In this document: piece after piece, positions 27,069 through 43,220 of the stretch
Layout: every line of letters begins with the position of its first letter
How positions within the stretch are numbered: position 1 is the stretch's first letter
Source of the DNA: Eledone cirrhosa
Taxonomy: Eukaryota
Length of the DNA stretch: 64,000 nucleotides
Reading direction: 5' to 3'
Assembly: GCA_964016885.1 (NCBI GenBank)
Contig: OZ024746.1
Span: forward strand, 79,174,001 to 79,238,000
Notes under the pieces: model-generated
Database searches by the model: none
What the model was told of the DNA's origin: nothing
What the model saw: the letters and a program-made list of their open reading frames with translations, nothing else
Program-made: the position numbers and the translations under genes

Positions 27069-27314
27069 CTAGGATCGGAATTAAGAGTATTCCGCAGTTC
27101 ACAGTAATAATAATAATATTAGCTCAAAGAAGAATAGAGAATTTTCTTCTGAGCTCAGATACAAATATATTACACAAATAGAAGTGTGTTACACAGTGAA
27201 ATGTGTGTAAAGGATTATTACAAGTGATTTTTACCGTTACTGTATAGAGAACAATATCTACAGGTTTAGCAATTAAATAGAAAAAAACCTAAGTCAGAAT
27301 CAAATCCCTGAAGT
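27069..27314 (-). mobile_element. PLE-like 3' end fragment in (TA)n
   Basis: TA-flanked. Tail hairpin AGCTC-AGAAGAA-loop-TTCTTCT-TT-GAGCT at 27121-27155(-). Confidence 0.55.
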
Positions 27315-27335
27315 ATATATATATATATATATATA

Positions 27336-27373
<38 letters not shown>

Positions 27374-27468
27374 CACAAGAGCGAGAATGAGGGGCTCATT
27401 CTACTGACATGGCTTATAAAATAGGCTCTTTGCATAATTGCAAACGAATCGAATATTATTATAATAAA

Positions 27469-27653
27469 GTGGTTGGCAGTATCGGTAGAGGGTCGGACGC
27501 CATGCTTTCCAGCATAGTTACGTCCCTTTACGATCTGAGTTCAAATCCCGCCGAGGTTGACTTTGCCTTTCATCCTTACGGGATCGATAAAATAAAGTAC
27601 CAGTAATGCACTGGGTAATTGCTGGCCTTGTGCCTAAAGTAGAAATAATTATT
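27469..27653 (+). mobile_element. tRNA-derived SINE
   Basis: Same family as 18715-18900. Confidence 0.85.
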
Positions 27654-27768
27654 AATAAAAAAACTGAGATTACATATATGAATATAGGAAAAGAGTCCCT
27701 ACACTAAATATTGAGTACTCTGGTGCCTTATGGTTCACCTGGTATCTTACCACATCTTCTTTGTTCTA

Positions 27769-27804
<36 letters not shown>

Positions 27805-27809
<5 letters not shown>

Positions 27810-27989
27810 TTGTTTCTACTTTAGGCACAAGGCTAGCAATTACCCAGTGCATTACTGGTACTTTATTTTATCGATCCCGTAAGGATGAAAGGCAAAGTCA
27901 ACCTCGGCGGGATTTGAACTCAGATCGTAAAGGGACGTAACTATGCTGGAAAGCATGGCGTCCGACCCTTTACCGATACTGCCAATCCA
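27805..27989 (-). mobile_element. tRNA-derived SINE, inverted near-identical partner of 27469-27653
   Basis: Shares diagnostic variants (gggatcgat, gttgactt). Confidence 0.85.
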
Positions 27990-28653
27990 AAGTAATATTC
28001 AGACTTTAGACTTTACGCCCAGTATATACTCACTAAAATATTTCTTCAAACTTTTTGCTAATTATTTCTCCCCATCAAACCTTTTTCAATTGTTTTTATT
28101 ATTTCTGATCGAAAATTCGACATGGACATCACACTCCTTTTCTTCAAAGGAGTTTGCAGCCACGACCATCCAGGCAGAGCAATTCTCCTTGTTCTTTCTA
28201 GAATCTCGTGGGACTATGTAGAGTCTCATTCATTACTTTTAGGTGAGATGTTTATAATATCAGTTGTCATTCTGGTTTTATCACGCGCTTGAATCACGCG
28301 AAGCTTGAAAGTCAATGCTTAATTGTTATCATAAAAACATGAAAGTTGTAAATTTCATGGTTATAATTGTTTCTTTTGATATGCTAGCATTAAATTTCAT
28401 GACATCTGCCATATAAAAACATTGTAACATATAACACTACCTAACATAAAACAAAACTAGATAACGTTTTTGAATAACACTTCAGATTCATATGGAACTC
28501 GTCCCCAAAATGTCATCTCGATTCGTTACACCAACGTACAGTAATACCAGAATATAATACCACAATCAGTATTACCAAATGAGGGGTGTTTTGCGTGGTC
28601 TTCTTAGCTCATAGATATAGCAGATACATCTTACCCAAAATACACACTATTAT

Positions 28654-28842
28654 AATAATTGTTTCTACTTTTGGCACAAAGCCAGCAATTAGCCCAGTGT
28701 ATTACTGGTGCTTTATTTTATCGGCCCCATAAGGGTGAAACGCAAAGTTAACCTCGGCGGGATTTGAACTCAGACCATAAAGGGCTGTAACTCTTTGCTG
28801 CAAAGCATGGCATCCAACCCTCTACTGATACTGCTAATCCAC
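28654..28842 (-). mobile_element. tRNA-derived SINE
   Basis: Same family. Confidence 0.85.
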
Positions 28843-29010
28843 TTTGGACAATGTGATCCTAGTCACACTGTATCTGTAATCGTATTTCATTTTACATTCA
28901 TTTAAATCAATTTTCCTCATGATGAGTTTGTTCAACCTACCTACTTACCTACCTACCTATGTAGATTGCTACCAAACTACTTACATATCTATCTGTTTAT
29001 CTACCTGTAA

Positions 29011-29107
<97 letters not shown>

Positions 29108-29168
29108 ACTATCTATCTATCTATCTGTCTGTCTGTTTATATCACCCTCCATATCTTTCTTTCTCTCC

Positions 29169-29217
<49 letters not shown>

Positions 29218-29381
29218 AACGAGTATATATAGGAACGAAAATTTAGTCCAGAATTAGCCGTCGAAACGGCTTGAGCTCAGCCGTCGGGGTCCTACTCGTT
29301 CCTATTACCCACTCTACTACCCTAAGTATTGAGTACTTTCGTGCGTTATGGTTCACCTGGTTCCTTACCACATTTCCTTCG

Positions 29382-29440
<59 letters not shown>

Positions 29441-30867
29441 GATTGATGTCCTTTCGATGTCCCAAAATAGATAAATTGGTAAGTATACTTAAATAGATAT
29501 CTGTAGATTGAAAGGCAGATAGAGAGGTCGATTGGCAGAGATAGATATATAGATGCTGTTTTTATTGTCGGAAAATATATAGATAGCTATTGATAGCTGC
29601 TACTCTACCACTGACCGCGTTCTGAACATTGTGTAGGAGAGCGGGAGAGAGATTGGTTGGGGGGTGACGAAGATATCGAATTATCATTTACAAAATATAC
29701 TTTATATATTTGTATAGACACATATACGCACACACATACGCATACACACACACACACACATATACATGTATACGTATATTTTTATATGGTTATATATGTG
29801 TGTATGTGTGTACGCATGGATGACTGCATTATGCATATATTTATATATTTATATATTTATATATTTATACATTGGAAAATGGTTACCTAGGACAGCCTAT
29901 TTAAACTTTTTATAATTGTATTATTCTTGCGAAGAATAAAGACATCATTATTACTTTGGTCATCATTATCATTTTCTTAATAACTATTATTATATAATAT
30001 TTGCAATGTACCGTCCTATATCTCTACCATCCCACTTAGTCTCTCCATCTCTCTAACATGCACTAGAGAGTGAATGGTTTGTTATGAAGGAAAGGTCTTA
30101 GTGCAAAGTTAGATTGCTTTAATATGTAGGCTAAAATGGACGTTAATATCGGTATTATTTGTGATAAACAAGTACAAAATGGACGTGGTGGGCGTGAAAT
30201 TTATGTAAATTGCTTTCTCTTATAAGAAATATTTCACTATATGACCAGAAACATTTGCTGCTAGCGTTTCAAGTTAATGTTCTGTCAGTGTAATTTTTCA
30301 CTAATCAAGATATTGCAGCCACATCAAAATCATATTTGGTAGTTAATTTGCAAATGTTTTCAGTTTAACTGAACTACGTCTAGAAATAGTTATATTCTAA
30401 ACTTATTTAAATGTAAGAGTAACATTAACATTCACTCATCCAATCCGCCTGGCTGTATAAGATGTACCATCAACCAATCGTTGTTGTTTATAAGCTGGTC
30501 AGCCGTTATATTTTAATGGCTTATTCAATAAAAAGTAACTTTTTCATGACCGTCGATACTATTGGGGGAGGAAATAAGCTGTACTAATACGGAAAATCTG
30601 ACCTGAATATGTGCAATTGACTGGACCCATCTAAAGTTATACCAGAGTCAGAGAGGCGTACTAAACCACGCAATAGATATAGTCTACTACCAAAATCAAG
30701 AACGAAAGAGGAAAAATGATCAACTCGATTTCATGTTAAAACTTAGGGCAAACGAATCGATTCTATATGCTGATTATTAATGTGATGATCGGCGCTGAGA
30801 TGGGGAATCAGTACGTAACACATCTATAGGACATACCATGTTTACTGTTTAACTCCCACGAAATTAC

Positions 30868-31319
30868 ACACAGCATGGCGTCCGACGCTCTACCGATACT
30901 GCCAATCCACCACCTTGATATTAATAATATTAATAATGATTTCTAGTATAGGAACAGTGCCAGTAATTTTTTTTTTTTTTATGGGGGGGGGGAGGGTCGA
31001 TTTAATCGACCCCAGTTCGTGACTGGTACTTTATTTTATCGACCCCGTAAGGATGAAAGGCAAAGTTAACGTCGGCGGGATTTGAACTCAGATCATAAAG
31101 GGCCGTAACTCTATGCTGCAAAGCATGGCGTCCGACCCTCTACCGATACTGCCAATCCACCTGCCTGATAATGATAATAATAATAACAACAACAACAACA
31201 ACAATAATAATAATAATTGTTTCTACTTTTGACACAAGGCCAGCAATTAACCAGTGCATTACTGGTACTTTATTTTATCGACCCCGTAAGGATGAAAGGC
31301 AAAGTAAACCTCGGCGGGA
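30868..31319 (-). mobile_element. Cluster of three SINE copies or fragments
   Basis: 30868-30912, 30933-31164 and 31212-31319. The last abuts the LINE 3' end. Confidence 0.8.
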
Positions 31320-31320
31320 A

Positions 31321-33965
31321 TAATGATTTCATTTATTAGCCACAAGGGCCGACATGTAGGGGACAATACAAAGACAGGGACAGTGGGGGTTTACAATAAG
31401 GTCGAGTAAAAGTGCACAATGTCAAGACTAATTTAACAATGAAGATATAAAAATATACAATAAACTATGCATAAATATAACAACATAAATTCCCCGATAG
31501 GGGGTGGACGACCCTGGGGTGACTCAGGTACCCCACCAATCCTGAACCACCCTGCGCTTCTAGGGCACCTAGGGAGAGCACCCCTCTCCTCAGGTTAGCT
31601 AGCCTATAGGCGCATGGTCAGAGTAGGCCCATTCACACGAGCCATTCTCGCCACATTCATCCACCTTTTAGCAAATGTACTGAGAGGCAGCACTTCTCTC
31701 TCCACCCTCACCTTCTTTTCCAGGTGAAACTTGAAGAAGTTGATGAGGGATTGGCCGAAGAGAAAAGTGTCTGTCTTCAGTCCTTTTAACCTGGCCCACC
31801 ATATAACCTCTTTCGCAACTGCCACCAGACAGAGGAATATTTCCTGCTCTTCGTGACCTAAGGAAGGCGGCGGGTCGATCTTCACTATGGACTCGGCCGA
31901 TAGCCGGATTCGTTCCACACGCGACAGTAGCTGTTAGACATAACTCCACAAGTCAGTAATGCACGGACATTGGACAAGTGCGTGCAGAACGGTTTCGTCG
32001 TTCTGTGTGCATCTTGGGCAGGTCAATCTGACAGCACTTCCGTGCCTGTACAGTTTATCCCGAACCGGCAGTGCCCCCCAGTAGCACTGCCAAGCGAGGG
32101 ATTTCTGGAAATTGTCCATCGTCCCCGGCTCGAAAGTCCTCCGGTACAGACTGGTCAGTTCGACTTCGTCGAGGCTCAAAGCTTCTCCGAGTGCGTCATC
32201 GCACTTTCCCACCACTAATCCTCTATAGAACTCGAGAGTGGAAGTTCCACTGATCGCATTGCCCGCTTGGTAGAGGGCAGTGAGTGCCTGGCAACATTCC
32301 AGGTGCCAGTCACCCAGTCTCGGTCTCTTCTTGACTCAGGACTGCAGCTCAGTCAAAGAAATGAGCTGCGGAAAGGCCCGTCTGATAAAAGGCGACCACA
32401 CCTGTTCACCGTTGAGGCAGAATATCTGGAGATGTCGCAGTCTCAACGCATGTCTGCGCATCATTAGCCACGGCATGCCCAGCCCTCCGCGTAGAGGGTG
32501 CTGGCAGCAGATGGACCGCCTCACCAACGGAACTTGTCCCCTCCACAAAAATTTGAAGAGGAGCCGTTCCAACTTGACAAGGCGCGGACGGGGGCAAGGC
32601 ACGACAGTCAGGCGGTAGTAGATGACGGACGCGATGTACGCATTCGCCACATCCGCGCGACTTTGCAGTGATATCTTCCTCCCAGCCCATTTTTGGGTGA
32701 GACTGGCTACTCTGCTCGTTACCTCGTCCCAATTCTTTTCCACCTGGAGGTCTGGTCCGAACCAAACCCCGAGCAACTTTACCGGTCCGTCCGTCCAGCG
32801 CCCCACGACGCTGTTGGACGGCAGGTTCCGAGCTGCAAGCCCACCGACTTTTCCTGGTTAAGTTTGGCTCCTGTCAACCTTTCATATTCCTTCAATAAGG
32901 TGCCGACCACCTCGATTTCTGAGGTGTTCGACACCATCATGGTGATGTCGTCCGCATAAGCCGGCACCGCCTTTCCACGTCCCGGTTCGAGCGGGATGCC
33001 CTGCAACAGCTCCAGCTTCCGCAGTAAAGGCTCGAGAGTCAATACGTACAGAAGAGAAGAGAGAGGGCACCCTTGACGGACCGATCGGGAGAGCCGAAAT
33101 GGTTCCGAGAGGTGGCCATTAACCTTGACAACCGAGCGTGTGCCGTTGTACATTGCAGCGATCCAGCTTCTGAAGACAGGGCCGAAGCCAGCTGTTTTGA
33201 GGACAAACTCCAGATACCGATGGTCGACCTTATCGAATGCTTTCGATTGATCTAAATTGATCAGTGCCCCACCGAAGCCAGGTTTACACCCTACCTTCTC
33301 TATGATGTATCGCATGAGGTGGAGATTGTCGTGTATGGACCTGACTGGGATTGCACAAGTTTGCGCCTCCCCAACCAAATCCTCGACGACAAGCGCCAAT
33401 CTCTTTGCTAACACCTTGGCCCAAATCTTAAACTCTGTGTTGAGCAGAGTTATGGGCCTGAAGTTGTTTAATGTATCCCTCTTGTTCTCGTCTTTCCTTA
33501 TCAGCGTCACCACTCCCCTGCTCACAGAAGTGGGAATACTCCCATTCTGCTGCCAGTTGCAGTAGAATGCTTCGAGGAGATCGGAGAACAAGTCTGGCAT
33601 ATTTACGTAAAGCTCGTAGGGCAGGCCATCCAAACCGGGTGACTTGCGCCTCATGCAGCCGACAAGGGCGTCCTAAATTTCAGCTGAAGTAATCGGCCTT
33701 TCGCGCTATGCGCGGCAAGCCGTCAAAGTAGGGACTGAAATCCGCTACTCTCTCTGACTCGCCACTCTCCCCGAACAACCGAGCAAAGTGCTGGCGAAAG
33801 GCCTCACACATCCGCTTGGAATCGCTTATCTCGTGTCCGTCTCGGTTCGCCAAAGACAGAATTGTGGTTTTATTACCACGCTGCGCCTCCACCACGTGGG
33901 CCCATCGAACAGCTTTGGTTCCCTCGTTTCTCAGCGCACGCGCCTTAGTTCTGACAATGCAACCT
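31321..33965 (-). mobile_element. 5'-truncated L1/Tx1-clade LINE
   Basis: RT and zf-RVT fragments plus a ~280-bp 3' UTR ending ..ctaataaatgaaatcatta. (TAA)n lies at the 5' junction. Confidence 0.9.
31604..33965 (-). pseudogene. Frameshifted ORF2 (RT, thumb, C-terminal zinc knuckle) of Tx1-like LINE
   Basis: KSPGLDGLPYELY, NFRPITLLNTEFK, LDQSKAFDKVDH, VRQGCPLS, AYADD, KLLGVWF, GGLGMP and CPRC..ETVLHALVQC are split over at least 5 ORF pieces. Confidence 0.9.
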
Positions 33966-34018
<53 letters not shown>

Positions 34019-34297
34019 CAACAATAATAAATATTACTGATGATAATGATGCTTATGATCATCAACATTATAATGAAAACGTTGGACAAACGAAATTAAA
34101 GTAAAGTAAAGACTACCATTAGACACTGAAGTGTAAAAATAAAATAAATAAAATTAAACTATACATAGCTAGATAATAACAAAGAAAAAATCAAAAATAA
34201 ATAAATGATTAAAAACTAAAACAAATTATTGAATAAATATTAAATAGATAGAGAGATAGAGAGATAGATAGAGAGATAGATAAACAAATAAATAAAG

Positions 34298-34352
<55 letters not shown>

Positions 34353-34554
34353 GGAAATTAGAGTAAGTGTTGGAGGATGTAATCGGACAAGATTGAAGAA
34401 ATCAAAGTCACGAACTGATTGATGAGCTAAATAATTAGATATGTAGAGCGTTCATTGTTTAGGAATCAAAAATTCAGAATAAGGATAGTCCATCAATTGA
34501 AATTTCGAAAGACGAGAATAAAGATAAAAATCATAACATACATACAGAAAAATC

Positions 34555-34607
<53 letters not shown>

Positions 34608-34625
34608 AATAAAAAAAAAAAATAA

Positions 34626-34685
34626 TAATGATTTCATTTATTATTAGCCACAAGGGCCGACATGTAAGGGACAAGACAGTGGGGA
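34626..34685 (-). mobile_element. Extreme 3' fragment of the same Tx1-like LINE in (TAA)n
   Basis: Matches 31321-31390 (ttagccacaagggccgacatgta..gacagtgggg). Confidence 0.75.
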
Positions 34686-34884
34686 TAATAATAATAACAA
34701 TGATAATAATAATATAAATTTAATAAATACATTTTTTTGAAAAAGCAAATTAAATATATGAAACAAGAGACGATAAAAATAAAATAGAATAACAATAATA
34801 ACAATAATAGTTGGCAGAGTTCCAGCATTCTTTCAATTTATTCTAGTCATGTAATGATTGGTAATTACAGAAGTGTAGTAACTG

Positions 34885-35588
34885 AGGGTGATGATGGTGG
34901 TGGTGGTGATGGTATGATGGATGGGGATGGTGTGGTGGTGGTGATGATGGTGGTGATGGTGGTGATGATAGCATGGATGGTGGTGATGGTGGTGATGATA
35001 GCATGGATGGTGGTGGTGGTAGGATGGATGGGGATGGAGGTGGTGGTAGGATTGATGGTGGTGATGGTGGTGATAGCACGGATGGTTGTGATGGTGGTAG
35101 AATGGATGGTGGTGATGGCATGATGGGGATAGTGGTGGTAGGATGGATGGTGGTGATGGTGGTGGTGATGGTTGGATGGATGGTGGTGGTGGTGATGGCA
35201 TGATGGCGATGGTGGTGGTAGGATGAATGGGGATGGTGGTGGTAGGATGGATGGTGGTGATGGTGGTGGTGGTAGGATGGATGGGGATGGTGGTGGTGGT
35301 AGGATGGATGGTGGTGGTAGGATGGATGGTGGTGACGGTGGTGATGGTAGGATGGATGGTGGTGCTGGTGATAACATGGGTGGTGGTGAGAGGATGGATG
35401 GTGGTGACGGTGGTAGGAAGATGAAGATGGTGGTGGTAGGATGGATGGTGATGGTGGTGGTGGTGGTAAAATAATGTAGAAGATGATGGGAAATAGAATA
35501 ATGATGATAATCATAATGATGATGATGATGATGGTGATACCGGGTATTATTGTTATTATTATAATTGTTGCTGTTGTTGTTGTTGTTG

Positions 35589-35635
<47 letters not shown>

Positions 35636-35931
35636 AAAGGGCGGTGGATTAGCAGTATCGGTAGAGGGTCGGACGCCATGCTTTAACGCATAGAGTTACG
35701 GCCCTTTATGGTCTGAGTTGAAATCCCGAAGAAGAAGAAGAAGAAGAAGAAGAAGAAGAAGAACAACAACAACAACAACAACAACAACAAAGCCACGAAA
35801 AAGGTAAAATGTTAATAATGCTGATGACGATGATGATGAAGCCGATGATTATGAGGTTGATGCTGGTGATGATGATAGTGGTGATGCAGATGATGTTGAT
35901 GATGATAATGATGATGATGATGACAATGTTA

Positions 35932-35998
<67 letters not shown>

Positions 35999-36021
35999 CA
36001 ATGTTAATGATGATGATGATA

Positions 36022-36064
<43 letters not shown>

Positions 36065-36125
36065 CAATGTTAATGATGATGATGATAATGATGATGATAA
36101 TGATGATGATGATGATGATGATAAT
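34885..36125. repeat. Compound GGT/GAT/ATT/GAA/CAA simple-repeat tract
   Basis: Direct inspection. Confidence 0.9.
35639..35728 (+). mobile_element. SINE 5' fragment
   Basis: ggcggtggattagcagtatcggtagagggtcggacgcc.. Confidence 0.75.
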
Positions 36126-36643
36126 AAAGAAATAGAAAGAAAAAAAAACAATGCTTAAAGAAAAGGAAAAAGTATATAAGACATCAATCAAAGAGTACTG
36201 TTTAAATTAACTATTGATTGTGTGTATGTATTTATGTATGTGTCTATGTATGTATGTATGTATGTATGTGCGTATGTATGTGTGTGTGTATGTATGTACG
36301 TTTGTATGTATGTATGTATGTATGAATGTATGTATGTACGTTTGTATGCATGTATGTATGTATATATGTATGTGTGTATGTATGTATATATGTATGTGTG
36401 TATGTATGTATGTATGTATGTATGTAAGTATGTATGTACGTATGTATGTACGTATGTATGTATATGTATGTGTGTACGTATATGTATATATATATCTATA
36501 TGTGTGCATACTTTTTATCTATTCTGTGTGTCTATATGTGTTCTATCCTTTTACCTAATTTCAAGTTAATTTTGCGTATGTAAGTTTCTGTATATATGCA
36601 TGTATATATATTATATACATACACACACACATATATATATATG

Positions 36644-36675
<32 letters not shown>

Positions 36676-36758
36676 CATATATATGTATATATATATATAC
36701 ATATATATGTATACACATACATATATATATATACATATATACATATATATACACATAT

Positions 36759-37123
<365 letters not shown>

Positions 37124-37148
37124 TACATACATATATATATATACATAT

Positions 37149-37265
<117 letters not shown>

Positions 37266-37310
37266 ATGGAATACTGTTAGCTTCTCGCTACAACCATTTC
37301 TATACTTTTC

Positions 37311-37365
<55 letters not shown>

Positions 37366-37531
37366 TATAACGAAGGAAATGTGGTAAGGAACCAGGTGGA
37401 CCATAACGCACCAAAGTACTCAATACTTAGGGTAGTAGAGTGGGTAATAGGAACAAGTAAGACCCCGACGGCTGAGCTCAAGAATTAGCCTTCGAAACGG
37501 CTTGATCTCAGCCGTCGGGGTCTTACTTGTT

Positions 37532-37580
<49 letters not shown>

Positions 37581-37585
37581 ATATC

Positions 37586-37622
<37 letters not shown>

Positions 37623-37639
37623 CTATATATATATATCTA

Positions 37640-37671
<32 letters not shown>

Positions 37672-37962
37672 CACACACACACAGGTTTGTATGTGTATGT
37701 ATGATGTGTGGCAACTCTGAAATAAAATGGGTGCAATAAGTGTAAATAGAGCTAGAAATTTAATTAAGACTTAATAATTAGTATAAAACTATGGTTCGAT
37801 TTGGGATAAATCTATTGTCAAACAGAGAGGAGGAGACATAGTATGGGTTGATAGGAGTGTTAGTGGGAGGTTAGATATGTGTGTTAGTGGGGAAGGTGGA
37901 GAAACTAGGTTACAGAAATAGGTACAGTGCATAAGAGAGGAAGAGAAGGACAGAAATAGGTA

Positions 37963-38049
<87 letters not shown>

Positions 38050-38243
38050 ATAGGAAAAGTTTAACCCCGACGGCAGAGCTCAAGCCGTTTCGACGGCTTT
38101 CTCTGGAGTCCAGAAATAGCCGTCGAAACGGCTCAGCTCTGCCGTCGGGGTTAAACTTTTTCCTATTACCCACTCTACTACCCTAAGTATTGAGTACTCT
38201 GGTGCGTTATGGTCCATCTGGTACCTTACCCCACCTCCTTCGT

Positions 38244-38274
<31 letters not shown>

Positions 38275-38348
38275 AGCTATCTATCTATGTATCTATTTAT
38301 CTCTCTCTCTCTCTCTCTCACACACACAGGCACAGACGCAGACTCAGA

Positions 38349-38643
<295 letters not shown>

Positions 38644-39136
38644 ATATATATATTATATATATATGTAACCACGTGTATATATGTATACGCGTGTATATAT
38701 ATGTTTGTAAGCCTATATATGTAGGTATAGTTTTGCATGTCAAACTCGAAAACATGTCTAATTGAAAGCTGGTATTCATGTTTTAATTGAATGCTAATGA
38801 TGTACTATTGGACTCTGCATAGAAAAGATCTTTTATAATTTTCATATCGCCTCTGATTTTATTAGACAAATGTTTTACTATAATGGCTTATATTCAATTG
38901 TATGTAGACACTATATGCTTTATGAGAAAGCATACAAGTAGCATTTTATCATGTAATGCAATATATTCGCTTCTTATCAAACAATACAGTGAAAAAGGCA
39001 TCATTAACTTTGCTACAGTTGTTCTTTCGTTTAGCACTTTTTATATTTAATATTACAATTTATTTTCATATTTATTTTTCGATATATATTTATAATTTAA
39101 TTTAATTTTTATTATTTAAGCATTTTTATTAATGCT

Positions 39137-39350
39137 CGAACTAGCAGAATCGTTAGAGGTAATTTGGTAGAACGTTTGACAGTATGCTTTCTGAGACTGT
39201 ACATTGAGTTCGAATTCCACTGCCCTTAATTTTAACTTTTATGCTTCTGGGATTCGATAAAATTAAGTAGTAACCAGTCAAGTAGTGGGGACGAATTAAT
39301 CGAATTCCCTCTCTCCTCACCGAAATTGTTAGCCTTGTACCTATATTAAG
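39137..39350 (+). mobile_element. Diverged SINE copy
   Basis: gcagaatcgttagag..gagttcgaattcc..tcgataaaattaagta. Confidence 0.55.
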
Positions 39351-39791
39351 ACCCATTTCTAAACATATTTGGTGAAACAACACTTATAATGTATTTTTCT
39401 CTGTTCTTTAACTGGTTCCGTCACTCGACTGAGGCGATACTGGAGCACCGTTTTCAGAGTTTATATGATTATATCGACAACAGTAAGTATTTTAACTCTG
39501 ACACATATCAAATGGATCTCTGTTTGCAAAGCTACATATTTATGGACATAAAGAAACAGACACACACACACGTACACGCACACGCCCCCCCCCCCACACA
39601 CACACATACATACATACATATATATATTAATATATAAGGAACAGAGAATCAGTGTTGCATCATATACATATTCATTACATATTACATATGTTTCACTGTC
39701 GACCAGCTCGAGGAACGATTTATTAATGATCGAACCTGACTCTGGAATCGGAAACTCCTCAGATCTGTTTTAATATGCAGACTTGCGTCCG

Positions 39792-39879
<88 letters not shown>

Positions 39880-39881
<2 letters not shown>

Positions 39882-40254
39882 GTATAACCTCACAGTACGA
39901 GTGCCCCATTGTACGAATAATTTGGTGTACGAACCGAGGCTCGTGAGAAATATTGTTGTACGAGTAGAAATCCGCAGTACGAGCGAGTTTCATATAATTA
40001 ATAAAACCAATTTACATATTTCTTTTGTATTCTCTTTTATTATGTTATTTTAATTGTCATTTTTTATATTTGTCATTTTCCTTGTAAATACACCTTTTCT
40101 GTTTTAAAACCCATAAAAAATGATTTTTGGGTGGTTTGGGGGGCTGAAACGGATTATTTATATTTTAATTAATTTCATTGATTTGTCAAACGAGTAAATC
40201 GTAAAACGAGCTCAGTCGTGGAACGAATTAAACTCGTACTGCGAGGTATCACTG
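39880..40254. mobile_element. Tigger/pogo-like MITE
   Basis: TIRs agtataacctcacagtacgagt / actcgtactgcgaggtatcactg, TA flanks, repeated gtacga subterminal motif. Confidence 0.7.
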
Positions 40255-41754
40255 TATATATTAATATATACAAACGCTCGCAAGCGTTTAGGAGATCTTA
40301 GATGCGTACACACACCGATATAGACATACACACGAAAGTATACATACATGATATGCATGTATTTTATCAAATAATTCATGTTTCCTATTATTATTATAAA
40401 TGTCTGTATGTATCTAATGAAACAGTTTACAGAAGTAAACACACACTTATAAAATTAATGTTGAGTGAGAATTCATTTAAGTTTTCTTTCCAATATAGAC
40501 CCACCCGACCTATCCATGTCCCCACACTTAAACATATTAAAATACAAAAGCTAATAACAAAACATGACAACCCCCCCCCCCCCACCCCCACCCCCCCCAA
40601 AAAACAGAGCCTCTCCGCAAAAAAAAAAAAAGAAATTAAATTAACAAGGACTCTAATAGATAAGCAAGGCAAGATTAATTCAGAACCACACGTAAAACAA
40701 CTTATTAGATAATGAATAATCTTTCTGTTTCCCGAGACGTAGAACGGTGGGTGAGTATGGGGAAGTATATCAGAGGATTAACAAATATATCCTTTTGTTT
40801 AATATTTCCTTATTTCTATGATGTTAGGCTAATCCTAACAGATCAAAGATATGAGAGATTAATGGTATTTATTTTAGCCAAAAGATTTAATTACTTCTGC
40901 AATGGATGCTTGAAAGACAAAGACAATGTGCAAACAACGTTCCTATCTTTTAATATAATAAGCCGTCTTGTATGGCAGTAAAACACGTACATATAGACAT
41001 ATGTATACCTACATACATACTCACACACGTTCACAAACACAGACACAGACAAACACACACACACACACACTTATATACATAAATATATATATATAAATAT
41101 TTATCTACATAAAAACTCACACACGTGCATACACACACATGTTCACAGACACAGACACAGACAAACACACAAACACACACACACACACACACACTTATAT
41201 ACATAAATATATATATATAAATATTTACCTACATAAAAACTCACACACGTGCATACACACACACGTTCACAGACACAGACACAGACAAACACACAAACAC
41301 ACACACACACACACACACACTTATATACATAAATATATATATATAAATATTTACCTACATAAAAACTCACACACGTGCATACACACACACACACACACAC
41401 TCCCTCACGCATACACACACAATTATATACATATATATACATATTTATCTACATAAAGAACTTATACACGTGCACAGACACTTACTAAACACACGCACAC
41501 ACACATACACTTATATACATATATACCTATATACATATTTACCTACATAAACACACGCACACACATATACACTCACGCACATACACACATACATACACTT
41601 ATATACATATATACATGTATACATATTTACATATTTACCTACATACACACTCATACGTGTACACAGACACATAGATACACATTCACGCACAGAAACACTT
41701 ATATACATATATTCGTATATACATATTTACCTACTCACACACGTGCACAGATAC

Positions 41755-41790
<36 letters not shown>

Positions 41791-41892
41791 GCACACACTC
41801 ACGGACACACACACACACGCACACACTCACGCACACACACACTTATATATCCATACGTATGTGAATAAGCAAACAGATATAATTACACTGAT

Positions 41893-41928
<36 letters not shown>

Positions 41929-42374
41929 GCACAAACACAGACACACACACAGACGCACACATAGACGCACACAGACACACACACATACACACACACACAC
42001 ACTCACGCATACAAACGCACGGGCAAACTAGAATATATGAATGCACGCGTGTGTGTGTGTGTGTGCGTGGTTGTGTCTGAGTGTGTGGGGTGTGTGTACG
42101 TGTATGTATGTGTGAGTGAGTACTGGGGATTATATCTGCTAAAAACTATGTATCCCTTTCTGTTTGCCTATATACATATCTTTTAATGTATGTGTATGTT
42201 TGTATATACACACATACAGATACACACACACACAAACCCGCACACATGTATCGTCAAGTATCAAATTTGTAGAAATTTTTATTTTTTCTACAAATTTCTA
42301 CAAATTTCATACTTGACGACCCAATATACGTATGTATGTATACTTGTATATGTATGTGTGAGGTTGGTATGTAT

Positions 42375-42966
42375 GGTGCTACTGGTAACATGTATCCCAG
42401 TACAACCTGTCCCATGGTCGGGTCATTGGCGACTAAACTGGCAACCCCACCAAGGTTTCTTGGTGAGGAGGGTGACTTTGGATATCCTGCAGGACTAAAA
42501 ACAAAACCTGTCAAATGGCAAAGGAGCTTTTAAGAGTCAATGGCCATCCAAAATCACCGGCAGAGATGACCCCTTAGCCTTTGTCAAGGCAGAATTCTAG
42601 GAGAAGGAAAACTCTGATATAACACCTGCAACCCTGATGGTATCCAATGATGTTGACTTGTTCTTCTTTTTGGTAAATATCATCTTGGTTAAGAGAGTGG
42701 GACTGGCTTTGTGCAGTGCCTTTGCTCACTATAAAAGCTTCACGGCACAGGCATTGCTTTATATCTGGAGATCTCTCTGCCCTTGTCGTCAATGGTACCA
42801 TGGGCCCAGCACTATGTGTCAATAATTGTCACAGTGTAGTGTTTGTACCAGAGTTTTCAAGTCGCTGGCTGGACTAAAAAGTCACACTCGTTCAGCGCAT
42901 CGGTAGGGGTTCTCCTACATGGATATAAAGTAGTGGCCGTACTCGAAAACGAGTTGGCAGCCACCA
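42375..42966 (+). mobile_element. Second copy of the RTE-derived non-autonomous element
   Basis: Colinear with 1213-1825. Confidence 0.75.
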
Positions 42967-43175
42967 TATGTATGTGTATGAATGAAGGTACAGTGTATAG
43001 CTATGAACGAATATGATGCTAATAATAAGAGACAGTCGTCTGTATTTAATTAAATGAAGGGTATGAAGTTAATACTACAAGAGATGTTACACACACACAC
43101 ACACACGCATATATATAAATATATATATATATATATACATACATATATATGTATATGTATATGTATATGTATATA

Positions 43176-43220
<45 letters not shown>

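Noticed and set aside
34833-36191. His/Pro-rich and Met-rich ORFs (MDGG repeats superficially like reflectin)
   Set aside because: Trinucleotide-repeat translations. No reflectin M/FD(X)5MD(X)5MD motif in a Tyr/Arg-rich context.
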